Source: a virus
Strand: one strand, 5' to 3'
Length of the DNA: 64,000 nucleotides
Virus record (IMG/VR): IMGVR_UViG_3300044653_000098
Span: 1 to 64,000 of that record
Shown here in pieces: positions 9,304 through 17,928 of the stretch. The translations under genes and the position numbers were made by a program. The notes under the pieces are model-generated. The model worked only from the letters and a program-made list of their open reading frames with translations. It had not been told where the DNA came from and searched no databases. Position 1 is the stretch's first letter; the number at the start of each line of letters is the position of its first letter.

Positions 9304-10228
9304 GATCCTCTACGTCGACCGCAACTTCTCGGCCGAGTCCCTGGAGGTCATCGACCGTGCGGACGCGCTGTGCGCGGACTACGCCGCCCAGGGCTACAAC
9401 CTGACGCTGCGGCAGCTGTACTACCAGTTCGTCAGCCGCGCGTGGATCCCCAACAGCCAGCAGTCCTACAAGCGCCTCGGCTCGATCGTGAACGATGCGC
9501 GCTTGGCAGGGCTGATCGACTGGGACCACATCACCGACCGGACCCGGAACCTGGAGAGTCTGGCCGCCTGGGGCAGCCCGAGCGACATCATCGACGCGGT
9601 CGCCGCGCAGTACCGGACGCGCCGCTGGGCTGACCAGCCGAACTACGTTGAGGTCTGGGTGGAGAAGGAAGCCCTGGCCGACGTCGTGTCCCGGCCTGCC
9701 GACAGGTGGCAGGTGCCGTACTTCTCCTGCCGCGGGTACGTCTCGCAGTCCGAGATGTGGGGCGCCGCACAGCGCATCCTGAATGCGGAGAAGCGCGGCA
9801 AGCGCGCCATCATCATTCACCTTGGTGACCACGACCCGTCCGGGATCGACATGACCCGCGACATCCGCGACCGGCTGGAGATCTTCGGTACCGGAGTCCG
9901 GGTCCGGCGCATCGCGCTGACCATGGATCAGGTGCAGCAGTACGACCCGCCGCCGAACCCGGCCAAGCTCACTGATGCGCGGGCTGAGGGCTACATCGCC
10001 ACCTACGGTGACGAGTCCTGGGAGCTGGACGCGCTCGACCCCGCCACGCTGGACACCCTGATCGAGGATGAGATCCTGAGCTGGCTGGACCGGCGGCGCT
10101 GGGATGCGGCCACGGAGCAGATGGAAGAGGAGCGGCGCTCGCTGACCGCGGCCTCGGAGAACTGGCCGGACCTCGTCACCGAGATGCGCAGCCTGGGCTG
10201 GCTGGAAGACGGGGACGGCGGTGAGTGA
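9296..10228 (+). CDS. Toprim-domain protein (Topo VI-A/Spo11/JetD-like)
   Basis: 'LTLRQLYYQ' N-terminal helix; 'VWVEKEA', 'SCRGY', 'LGDHDPSG' (DxD), 'WELDAL'. Confidence 0.75.
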   Translation: MPKILYVDRNFSAESLEVIDRADALCADYAAQGYNLTLRQLYYQFVSRAWIPNSQQSYKRLGSIVNDARLAGLIDWDHITDRTRNLESLAAWGSPSDIIDAVAAQYRTRRWADQPNYVEVWVEKEALADVVSRPADRWQVPYFSCRGYVSQSEMWGAAQRILNAEKRGKRAIIIHLGDHDPSGIDMTRDIRDRLEIFGTGVRVRRIALTMDQVQQYDPPPNPAKLTDARAEGYIATYGDESWELDALDPATLDTLIEDEILSWLDRRRWDAATEQMEEERRSLTAASENWPDLVTEMRSLGWLEDGDGGE

Positions 10229-10442
10229 GCTTCCTGCGGTCGCTCAGCTGAGCGGTGGCGACTGGCGCGACCTCGCCACGGTGTTCGATGCCGGGGCAAA
10301 GACCATCGGTGCCTACAGCATGAACATCCCCGCCCAGCAAGAGGCGGAAAAGCTGCGGGCTATGCGCGACCGCTGCATAGAGATTGCGGACGAGCGCGAC
10401 GAGGCGTGGGAGAACGCCAGGGAGGAGGACCACGGTGGATGA
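10221..10442 (+). CDS. hypothetical protein
   Basis: Overlap-coupled ORF in operon. Confidence 0.55.
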   Translation: MSELPAVAQLSGGDWRDLATVFDAGAKTIGAYSMNIPAQQEAEKLRAMRDRCIEIADERDEAWENAREEDHGG

Positions 10443-10809
10443 CTTCGAGCGCCGGGCCGAGGCCATAAACACGCTGGCCAATTACGGGTACATCCCGGTC
10501 GGCCCGCAGTCCCGGAACCTGACGCTCGGCCAGCTGGAGGCCATGGCCTCGGTCGTCCGTAACCCGGCCCCTCAGCCGCCCCCGGTTGTCAGCTTTGCTA
10601 TCCGGGCCGGGGTGGCGGTCAGTGCGGTCAGCTGGGTGGTCACGGTCGTGGCCCTGGTGCTGGCTGTGGGATACAGCCACCGGACGGCCTCGTTCGCCTG
10701 GGAAGCCGTGCAGTGCGGGCGCATCCACCCGTACGGCTCCTCGGCCCAGTACCAGTGCTGGGAGAGGCAGATCAGGCAGGGTGCGCCACGATTCTGGGAG
10801 GTGCCGTGA
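10435..10809 (+). CDS. membrane protein
   Basis: SD GGAGGA before GTG; one long hydrophobic segment. Confidence 0.55.
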   Translation: MDDFERRAEAINTLANYGYIPVGPQSRNLTLGQLEAMASVVRNPAPQPPPVVSFAIRAGVAVSAVSWVVTVVALVLAVGYSHRTASFAWEAVQCGRIHPYGSSAQYQCWERQIRQGAPRFWEVP

Positions 10810-10967
10810 GCGCCGACGTCAGCGAAGAGCTGCAGTTCTGCAGCGACCCGGAGTGCAAGGGCCATGCCCCGGCTCAGCACCCGCAGGAGAAAGTGATCAC
10901 CTGGAGGTCGGTGCCGCCGGCCGACTTCCTGGAGAAGAACGCCGGGGTGACCTACCGTGATAACTGA
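10806..10967 (+). CDS. hypothetical protein
   Basis: SD GGAGG, GTGA overlap. Confidence 0.45.
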   Translation: MSADVSEELQFCSDPECKGHAPAQHPQEKVITWRSVPPADFLEKNAGVTYRDN

Positions 10968-11469
10968 GTTCCAGGGCCAGTACCGGTTCCTGTCCAACTT
11001 CTGGGAGCAGCCGGTCTTCTACCAGCACCCGGACATGCAGAGCGCGATCTGGTGGCCGTCGGCGGAGCACGCCTTCCAGGCGTCCAAGACGCGGGAGCCT
11101 GCTGAGGCTGCATTCGTCGGCCGGGCAAGTTCCCCTCGCCTGGCCAAGCGGCTCGGGCGTGCGGCTACCTGCCGTCCCGACTGGGAGCAGGTGAAAAAGC
11201 GCGTGATGTTCAGCGTGCTCGTCGCCAAGTTTGCCCGCGATCCTGGTGTGACGTCAGGATCCCTGGGTGCCCAGCTCGTGGCTACCGGTCACCAGATCCT
11301 GGTTGAGGGCAACCGGTGGGGCGACACCTACTGGGGCGCGGTTCCCGGCATTCATGCTCCTCATGCGGGCGTCGTCTCTAGTTCCTGGACCGCAGAGGAC
11401 GGGTCGCTGCTGTGGGGGCACAACTACCTAGGGCGCCTGCTCATGGCCGTCCGCGACATCCTGGAGTAA
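10957..11469 (+). CDS. NADAR (YbiA-like) family protein
   Basis: 'FLSNF', 'SAEHAFQASK', 'AKRLGR', 'RPDWE', 'LVEGNRWGDTYWG', 'GHNYLGRLLM'. Confidence 0.9.
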   Translation: MITEFQGQYRFLSNFWEQPVFYQHPDMQSAIWWPSAEHAFQASKTREPAEAAFVGRASSPRLAKRLGRAATCRPDWEQVKKRVMFSVLVAKFARDPGVTSGSLGAQLVATGHQILVEGNRWGDTYWGAVPGIHAPHAGVVSSSWTAEDGSLLWGHNYLGRLLMAVRDILE

Positions 11470-11479
11470 GGACGAAACG

Positions 11480-11779
11480 ATGCAGATAAACAAGCCCCAG
11501 CGTCCTGTACTGGTTGCTCTCGCGGCCTGCACGCGCCCCCGCGAAGAGTGGGCGACCACAGATCAGGTGATGGCGGTTCTGAGAGACGCTGATCCAGCCG
11601 CCACCACCCTGACCATGGCCGGGCTCAAGGCGAGGCTGAACTCCCTGTCCCGCAAGGGTGCCGCCGAGCGGAAGCCGGGGGCTCAGGACCCCGGTTACGT
11701 CTGGTTCCGCGTCACGCAGGCAGGCTCGGACTACCTCGCCCGCCAGCTGGTACCGAGGAGGTCAAACGATGGCCGATAG
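11480..11779 (+). CDS. winged-helix DNA-binding protein
   Basis: 'GLKARLNSLSRKGAAER...WFRVTQAG..YL' wHTH pattern. Confidence 0.55.
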   Translation: MQINKPQRPVLVALAACTRPREEWATTDQVMAVLRDADPAATTLTMAGLKARLNSLSRKGAAERKPGAQDPGYVWFRVTQAGSDYLARQLVPRRSNDGR

Positions 11780-12023
11780 TGGAAAGCCCTCTGCTGAGGC
11801 GTATAACGCTTCGTCTGTGGCGGGGGAGAATACACACGAAGGCGCACTGCCGCACCGCCTTCTGCCAGATGGGTCTGACACCCTGTCGCAGCTGGCGGAG
11901 GCTGACCTCCGGGAGTGGTGCCCGGACGCGGGAGCGTGTCACCACTCCTGCCGGGCCTCGGCTCGCCCGCCGGACATGGACTGGGCGCTGTTCGCCCCGG
12001 AGCAGGAGGTGCCTCATGGCTGA
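11769..12023 (+). CDS. hypothetical protein
   Basis: SD GAGGAGG; overlap-coupled. Confidence 0.5.
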   Translation: MADSGKPSAEAYNASSVAGENTHEGALPHRLLPDGSDTLSQLAEADLREWCPDAGACHHSCRASARPPDMDWALFAPEQEVPHG

Positions 12024-12300
12024 GGGCAAAGGCGCGCAGCTTCCGGAGCGCACCGCGGTGCCGCCGGGCTCCTACAGTCAGCTGGCGTTCCAGCTCCGCC
12101 AGGCGCGCTACTGGATGGAGCAGGCGGAGCTGACCGCGGCCCGCCCGGAGGGCGAGGTGGCGGCTGACTCCCGGCGCTCCTCTCCAGCTTTCACCGCGGT
12201 GATCCGCCGGCAGCTGGACGGCATGGCCTCGTCCGCCTCGCAGCTGCGGGACTCCCTGTGCCCCGGCGCTCATGTCCGGGAGGAGGCGCCCCGTGACTAG
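12016..12300 (+). CDS. hypothetical protein
   Basis: SD AGGAGGT. Confidence 0.55.
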   Translation: MAEGKGAQLPERTAVPPGSYSQLAFQLRQARYWMEQAELTAARPEGEVAADSRRSSPAFTAVIRRQLDGMASSASQLRDSLCPGAHVREEAPRD

Positions 12301-12640
12301 CGTCCCGGACCGCTGGGATGTGCTGAAAGAGGCCATCCGCTCCGACCTCGCCAGGCTGCACGGCGTGGCGGGGGACGCTGGCGTCCACCAGGGCCGCGCC
12401 CTGACCTCGGTGCTGGCCAAGATGGAGGCGCTGGAGCCGGGCGGCGCGTGGTATGCCGATCCCCGCCCGCAGCCGCCCACGTTCGGCTTCTCCTCCGGCG
12501 GTGACCAGGATCCGCTGGAGCTGGTGATCCGGGCGGACGGCAGCCGGCTGACCATCTGGGACCTGCTGCCGGGTACCGACCCGCCGGCGTACCGCGCCCG
12601 CGGCACGTACGAGTGGGTGGAGGTAAACGATGGGAACTAG
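12293..12640 (+). CDS. hypothetical protein
   Basis: SD GGAGG before GTG. Confidence 0.55.
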   Translation: MTSVPDRWDVLKEAIRSDLARLHGVAGDAGVHQGRALTSVLAKMEALEPGGAWYADPRPQPPTFGFSSGGDQDPLELVIRADGSRLTIWDLLPGTDPPAYRARGTYEWVEVNDGN

Positions 12641-12950
12641 GCAGGCATGGCTCCGGAACTGGTTCTGGTGGCTGGTCATGGCGGCGGTCGCGGTCTATCT
12701 GGCGGAGACGCTGGGCGTCAGCTACCGCGGCCAGCTGCAGGGCGCCTATCTGGGCTTCGCGCTCGGCGCCGTGGTGATCGCGCTGACGGCCACCTGGAGC
12801 CGCAGGCGCCGCGCGGCTGTGTGCAGGGGCCGGTGGGTGGTGAAGATCTATGACCCGGCGGGTACCTGCGTGGCTGTGCACGAGACGCGGCGCGCGGCCT
12901 CGGAGGCTCAGGCGCTGGCTGCGGCCCTGGAGGCGGACCGTGACGGCTGA
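12630..12950 (+). CDS. membrane protein (2 TM)
   Basis: SD GGAGGT; two hydrophobic segments. Confidence 0.6.
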   Translation: MGTRQAWLRNWFWWLVMAAVAVYLAETLGVSYRGQLQGAYLGFALGAVVIALTATWSRRRRAAVCRGRWVVKIYDPAGTCVAVHETRRAASEAQALAAALEADRDG

Positions 12951-13605
12951 GCGGCCTGACCGCGGCATGACGTTCGCGCAGTGGGTGGAGGCCGTTCACG
13001 GCCCGCCCGGCTGGGTCAGCACCGGCCGCTCTGGCGCCCGCCCGCAGGACATGACGTTCAGTGGGTGGGCGGCAGTTCTTCCTGGCGCGACGGTGCGTGA
13101 TCTGCAGGAGCTGCGGCGCGAGGCCCGCCAGGCGACTTCGCAGATGCGTGACGCGGAGGCGGCGTCCTCGTTCGGGGAGCGGCTGGAGCCGCCGCCTCTC
13201 GCCCTGCTGCTGCAGGAGATGCGCGAACGTGACGAGGGCTGGGCAGATGAGAGCTGCCAGATGCCGCCCCCGGCCCGGGACTGGCCGGACGGGATGAAGC
13301 ACCCCCTGCCCAGCGAGCAGAGTGCCGCGCAGGTTGATGCCATGGTTTCCTGCCTGCCGCGCTCGGAGCTGGAGATCCTTCCCCGCTACCTGGACTTCGG
13401 CATCGGCCGCGCGCTCATGGTGCTGAAGGCCGGGGCCACGGCCGACTACATGGCCCGGGACTGGATCGGCCGGATCTGGTGGGACGATGCGGATGGCCGC
13501 TACGGCGTGGTGGTGCGCTGCAGCGGCGTAGCCGTTGATGTGATGTACGCCCCGTCGCTCAGTGAATTGATAGATACCGTCTGCGGCACCTACGGCTGGG
13601 ATTAA
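12940..13605 (+). CDS. hypothetical protein
   Basis: SD GGAGG before GTG; internal 'MTF..W' duplication. Confidence 0.55.
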   Translation: MTAERPDRGMTFAQWVEAVHGPPGWVSTGRSGARPQDMTFSGWAAVLPGATVRDLQELRREARQATSQMRDAEAASSFGERLEPPPLALLLQEMRERDEGWADESCQMPPPARDWPDGMKHPLPSEQSAAQVDAMVSCLPRSELEILPRYLDFGIGRALMVLKAGATADYMARDWIGRIWWDDADGRYGVVVRCSGVAVDVMYAPSLSELIDTVCGTYGWD

Positions 13606-13608
13606 ACG

Positions 13609-13731
13609 ATGAGCATTGTGTCGGGCATAGAGCTGGGTCTTGGCATCGGCGCCGTGGTGCTGCTGCTGGCCATCCTCACGGTGCTGGTCCTGATCCTGGG
13701 AGAGCAGCGTGAGGGCGGGATTAAACGATGA
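13609..13731 (+). CDS. 40-aa single-TM protein flanked by 15-bp direct repeats (not in ORF track)
   Basis: MSIVSGIELGLGIGAVVLLLAILTVLVLILGEQREGGIKR; GGGATTAAACGATGA at 13598 and 13717. Confidence 0.6.
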   Translation: MSIVSGIELGLGIGAVVLLLAILTVLVLILGEQREGGIKR

Positions 13732-13988
13732 AGACCGTCCGGGTGCTGTGGGATTCTCCCACGCTCACCGAGCTGGCCCTGGCCACGGCCGGCGCCGCGG
13801 TGATGGGCGGGGTGTCCGGGTACGCGTTCGCCGCGGGATCGCCGGGCGTGGGGTGGGTGGCCGCGGTCTTCTCCGGCGTCGCCGCCTCGCCCTGGCTGGT
13901 GCGGGCGGTCTTCGAGCTGCGTTTCTGGCGGCGACGCCGGGGCGTAATAGCGGCAGCAGAGGAGATGACGGCCCATGGAAAGCACTGA
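13728..13988 (+). CDS. membrane protein
   Basis: Two hydrophobic segments; ATGA overlap. Confidence 0.55.
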   Translation: MKTVRVLWDSPTLTELALATAGAAVMGGVSGYAFAAGSPGVGWVAAVFSGVAASPWLVRAVFELRFWRRRRGVIAAAEEMTAHGKH

Positions 13989-14580
13989 GTTTCAGGACAT
14001 GTGGCGGCGTGCGGATGAGCGCACGCTGGCCGGCTTCGGGGATGTGCACGAGCTGGCGGTGGCGCTGAATAAGCGCAGTCAGCTGGTGGCCCACCGGGAG
14101 GGCCTGGCGTGGTGGCGGTGGATCCGCCGGCGCAAGCTGGACGACTCGGTTGCCGTGGAGACCGGCCGGGTGCTGTTCTGGGCGCCGCAGGCGGTGGCGG
14201 CCGCGCACGCGGCTGTGGCGACCGCTGACGCGGCCCGGAGGTGGGGGCGCACCGAGCTGCGCCACCCCCGCCAGCACGTCAGGGAGGCCGCTGCGGCGCT
14301 GCTGGAGGCCATCGGGCAGCCGGTGGCCGAGCCCGGCCCCGGTCAGCTCCTGAGCGATCTGGTGGCCGTCATGGGCGCCCCGGACGAGGTGAGCGCCTGG
14401 GACGATCTGGCCCGCAGGCTGAAGACCCGCCGGCCGGAGCGCTACCCGGTGCTGACCGGCACCCAGCTGCGCGCCCAGGCTCTGGTGAGCGGGGTGCGGG
14501 AGCTGGCGGTGCCCGGCCCGGTGCGCCAGCGCGGCACCAGCTGCGAGGCTGTGACGGCGGCGCAGGAGGCGGCCCGGTGA
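13975..14580 (+). CDS. hypothetical protein
   Basis: 201 aa, overlap-coupled. Confidence 0.55.
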   Translation: MESTEFQDMWRRADERTLAGFGDVHELAVALNKRSQLVAHREGLAWWRWIRRRKLDDSVAVETGRVLFWAPQAVAAAHAAVATADAARRWGRTELRHPRQHVREAAAALLEAIGQPVAEPGPGQLLSDLVAVMGAPDEVSAWDDLARRLKTRRPERYPVLTGTQLRAQALVSGVRELAVPGPVRQRGTSCEAVTAAQEAAR

Positions 14581-15098
14581 GCGCGGCACTGGAGCAGCTG
14601 CGCGAGAACCTGGAGCGCACCGACCTGATGCTGGCCGAGCTGCAGGGCATGCCGCGCTCCCACTTCCGGAGCCGGTTCAGGCTCCAGCGCAGGATCGACC
14701 AGGCGCAGGAGGAGGCGCAGGTGCTGTCCACCCGGGTGGCTGACGAGCAGCGCCGCCTGATAGATGAGCTGTCGGCCGTGCCCGCCCCGGCCCGCCTGGC
14801 CCGCTCCGCTCATGAGCTGGCCCGGCTGCAGATCTCCCGGCACGGGATGGACCGCTACCCCGACGTCCCGGCTCAGCTGCTCAAGCTCATGGCCGAGCTG
14901 GGTGAGCTGGCCGAGGAGATCGCCAATCACCACCGGCCCCTGGAGGGCGTGGCGGACCGGATCCGCCGCGAGTACGCCGACGTCGGCCTGTCCTACTACG
15001 AGCTTGGCAACAAGCTGCACCTGGATGCGATCGAGTGCATGACCGAGGTCGTGGACGGGGACGGGCGGCACTTCTCAGATGATTCCGGTCAGCCTTAG
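14577..15098 (+). CDS. coiled-coil + MazG-like nucleotide pyrophosphohydrolase domain
   Basis: 'LLKLMAELGELAEEI...IRREYADV' ExxE...ExxD motif. Confidence 0.7.
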   Translation: MSAALEQLRENLERTDLMLAELQGMPRSHFRSRFRLQRRIDQAQEEAQVLSTRVADEQRRLIDELSAVPAPARLARSAHELARLQISRHGMDRYPDVPAQLLKLMAELGELAEEIANHHRPLEGVADRIRREYADVGLSYYELGNKLHLDAIECMTEVVDGDGRHFSDDSGQP

Positions 15099-15121
15099 GG
15101 CGTAACAGCAAGCGGAGGCGG

Positions 15122-15628
15122 ATGCACATGGACGTGATCAAGAGGGTCGAGCTGATCTCGCTGGCCCGGTACTGGAAGCAGCTTTCGGATCGCACCGATC
15201 TCCCGGACGCGGTCCGGAACTCCTACCGCGACTGCGGGGAGGTGCTGGGGCAGGTGACCGGCGCCGGCCCGGCGGAGGGCGCGCGGCGCCGGATGACGGT
15301 GACCGTCTACGGCTTCGCGAACCTCGCGATGGAGGACGAGGCCCGCCGGATCGGCCAGGAGGTGTTCCCCGGGCTGGACGTGTCTGTCGTTGCCGTCTGC
15401 GTCCGCGAGCCGGCCACCCCCGAGCAGCGGGCCCGCGCCGCTGCGCTGACCGCCCCGGTCTTCGACGGTGACGAGCAGATCTCGCTGGGCCATGAGGGCA
15501 CGGTCTACATGGCCGAGGTGACCCTGGCGGCCGCCGAGCCCGACCCGGCACAGACCCCGGAGTTCGCCGGCCGCCAGCGTGAGCCGCTGGCCGCCACCGA
15601 GAACGCCAATGGCGGCAGCTCGGTATGA
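15122..15628 (+). CDS. hypothetical protein
   Basis: SD GGAGG; 168 aa. Confidence 0.55.
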   Translation: MHMDVIKRVELISLARYWKQLSDRTDLPDAVRNSYRDCGEVLGQVTGAGPAEGARRRMTVTVYGFANLAMEDEARRIGQEVFPGLDVSVVAVCVREPATPEQRARAAALTAPVFDGDEQISLGHEGTVYMAEVTLAAAEPDPAQTPEFAGRQREPLAATENANGGSSV

Positions 15629-16236
15629 GCGCGTACGAGGACACGGCCCGGCGGCTGGCCGAGGCGTTCGGCGTCGAGCCGGAGCAGGTGATCATCCTGC
15701 ACGACGAGGTGGACGAGATCCTGAGCGGCCCGGCCACCGACGGCGGCCCCGGCACGCTGCGCGACCAGCTGCACCGCGTCTCCGGGAAGACCATGGATGA
15801 GGTGAAGGGCAGGACCCGGCGCCTGCCTCGGGAGGAGCCGGAAGTTCACGGCTTCGGCCGCCGCGACTACTCCTGGCCGTCTGAGACCCCGCAGCGCCCG
15901 TCCTGCCAGGCGATCAGGCCGCACTGGGGCCGGCCTGTTCCCGAGCCGTGCGGCTGCGGGCTGGTGAAGCGCTACCGTCTTGGGTGCAAGAACGAGCACG
16001 TGGCCGAGGAGTGGCTGTGCACCTGCTGCGCAAACGCCTCGGCGCGGACTTGCTGTCACCCGGTGACCGGCCCGGGGACGGAAGTCCCGGGCACCTGCGG
16101 GGAGGCGCTCACCGCCGTGCCCGTGGAAGACCTTGGCCCTTCGGCCGGGGACGTCCCCCCTTCCGTGCAGCGCATGCGCGACCGCGCCGCTGGCCCTGGC
16201 GACGGCGAGAACTGGTTCCGGGGGCTGGGGGAGTGA
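15625..16236 (+). CDS. Cys-rich (putative zinc-binding) hypothetical protein
   Basis: Multiple Cys clusters in the C-terminal half. Confidence 0.55.
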   Translation: MSAYEDTARRLAEAFGVEPEQVIILHDEVDEILSGPATDGGPGTLRDQLHRVSGKTMDEVKGRTRRLPREEPEVHGFGRRDYSWPSETPQRPSCQAIRPHWGRPVPEPCGCGLVKRYRLGCKNEHVAEEWLCTCCANASARTCCHPVTGPGTEVPGTCGEALTAVPVEDLGPSAGDVPPSVQRMRDRAAGPGDGENWFRGLGE

Positions 16237-16520
16237 AGCTGCTGCTGCTGTCCGACAAGGCCGGGGACAACCGCAAGATCCTCACCATGACCACCATCAT
16301 CGGGCGCAGCCCGCACGCCGGGTTCCGGGTGAGTGACCAGTATGCTTCCCCTAACCACGCAATCATCGCTCCCTACGAGGACGGCTGGGCGGTCGCTGAT
16401 CTTGGCTCCTCGAACGGGACCAGGGTCAACGGCCTGACTGTCCATGGCGCCTGCCAGCTGGACAAAGGGGATCAGATAAGAGTTGGCCACACCATTCTCA
16501 TAGCGGTGCCCGTCAGCTGA
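16233..16520 (+). CDS. stand-alone FHA domain protein
   Basis: 'IIGRS...ASPNHA...DLGSSNGTRVNG...LDKGDQIRVG'. Confidence 0.85.
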   Translation: MKLLLLSDKAGDNRKILTMTTIIGRSPHAGFRVSDQYASPNHAIIAPYEDGWAVADLGSSNGTRVNGLTVHGACQLDKGDQIRVGHTILIAVPVS

Positions 16521-16751
16521 TCCGGCATGTAGGCTGCTGCCTGCCTTCCACTCTGGACCCCGGTGCCGGCGGCAGGATCCGCTGACCTACCGGGGAGCCG
16601 AGATGCCAGACATCCCCCCGACCGGAGATGGTGCTTGCCCACGTACGCGCCAGGCCCTGCTTCGCGCGGCGGCAGCCTTTCACCGGGAACGGGCCCTCGA
16701 CCTGCTCATCGCCTCGGCCCGGCTGGCGGATGCCGGGCCGATGGGCGGCTT

Positions 16752-17384
16752 GTGGAGCAGCTCACCTTCCCGAAGCCAGGAGACTTCGCGTGCGTCCCGG
16801 TCCGTGGCTTCGGCGGATTCTGCATCGGCATCGGCCAGCTCGCGGCCGGGTACTGGCGCCATCCCTCGTTCGGCCGCTACCGGCACACCTTCGTCTACCT
16901 CGGTGAGATCAGCGCCTCCACGGCTGAGGTGAACGCGCTGGAGGAGCACGGCTGGTGCGGCCCGGGCGTCTACTGCGAGGAAGCGATGCCCGGCGGCGCC
17001 CGGCTGCGGCGGCTTGGCGCGAACGCTAGCGCCGCGTGGGCCATGTACGGCACCAGTGCCCTGTGGAGCACCACGATTCTGCCGCTGAGCGACTGGCAGC
17101 GTTCCGAGGTGGTCAGGGCCGCCCTCGGCAAGCTCGGCACGCCGTACTCGTTCCTGGACTATCTCTCGCTGATTGCCTACCACCTGCACATCCGCACGCG
17201 GGGTTTGCTCCAGTTCATCCGGGATTCCGGACACCAGATCTGCAGCCAGGACACTGATTGGGTGTGGCAGCGCGCGGGGAAGCGTATATTTCACGATGAG
17301 AGGTGGGACGGTGACGTTATGCCGGCCGATCTTGCGTATGAGCTGGTGAGCTGGCGCAAGTGGCAGGCAGCCCGTGCCGCCTGA
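16752..17384 (+). CDS. permuted NlpC/P60 (YiiX/YebB-like) papain-fold amidase
   Basis: 'PGDF', 'RHTFVYLG', 'EAMPGG', 'LGTPYSF', 'ICSQ', 'PADL' with His before Cys. Confidence 0.75.
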   Translation: MEQLTFPKPGDFACVPVRGFGGFCIGIGQLAAGYWRHPSFGRYRHTFVYLGEISASTAEVNALEEHGWCGPGVYCEEAMPGGARLRRLGANASAAWAMYGTSALWSTTILPLSDWQRSEVVRAALGKLGTPYSFLDYLSLIAYHLHIRTRGLLQFIRDSGHQICSQDTDWVWQRAGKRIFHDERWDGDVMPADLAYELVSWRKWQAARAA

Positions 17385-17392
17385 GGGAGGGG

Positions 17393-17509
17393 ATGCCCGT
17401 GAAGATTAAGCGCATGCGTAAAGGACGGCACCGCCGGCGGGGGATTCTGGCGCGGGCCGCAGGAGTTATGGCCGTCGCCGTAATGGTGCGGCTGGCCGCG
17501 GTTCGCTGA
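17393..17509 (+). CDS. 38-aa signal-peptide-like ORF (not in ORF track)
   Basis: SD GGAGG; basic 'KGRHRRR' followed by a hydrophobic stretch. Confidence 0.4.
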   Translation: MPVKIKRMRKGRHRRRGILARAAGVMAVAVMVRLAAVR

Positions 17510-17616
17510 GCGAGCCCCGGCTTCTGTGCGCTCAGGCAGGCCGGTGCCGCTGCGGCTGCCATGCCTGCAGGTACGGGGGACACAACTGCCTGGAGCCGCT
17601 GGGCGGCAAGTGCCAT

Positions 17617-17805
17617 GTGCGCTGCCCGCCTATCTACCTGCTGACCTGCAAGGTGTGTGATCCCCGCGCGCCCATCCCGTTCCCCTCCCAGGAGGAGCGC
17701 GGGCACTGGGCGTCCGAGCACACCGCGGGTACCGGGCACGACCGCTGGGTGGTGGAGGACCCGCCCTTCGAGACGAAGGGTAATTCTGAGGTTTCGGAGC
17801 GGTAA
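17617..17805 (+). CDS. small CxxC/His zinc-finger-like protein
   Basis: 'CKVC...WASEHTAGTGH'. Confidence 0.5.
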   Translation: MRCPPIYLLTCKVCDPRAPIPFPSQEERGHWASEHTAGTGHDRWVVEDPPFETKGNSEVSER

Positions 17806-17928
17806 CGGCCCGGAAACGTGCACAATCCAGCTTGGCGGCCAGGAAGTAGCCGGCCCGCGCGGCCGCCCGGCAGCGGCCTGGCCCATGACCCTGGCGAGGT
17901 GCCCAGCGGGCACGTCTTCAGGAGGACC

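Noticed and set aside
16603-16932. ORF overlapping the NlpC/P60 gene
   Set aside because: The 5' half could be coding, but it overlaps the next gene by about 180 nt and the tail reads as off-frame sequence; not enough support to call
17806-17928. c-di-AMP (ydaO) riboswitch expected upstream of an rpf-like gene
   Set aside because: Hairpins are possible, but the conserved GCCGAAUCC / GGAACCGGGG / GGGUGAAU / GUCAGCU segments are absent
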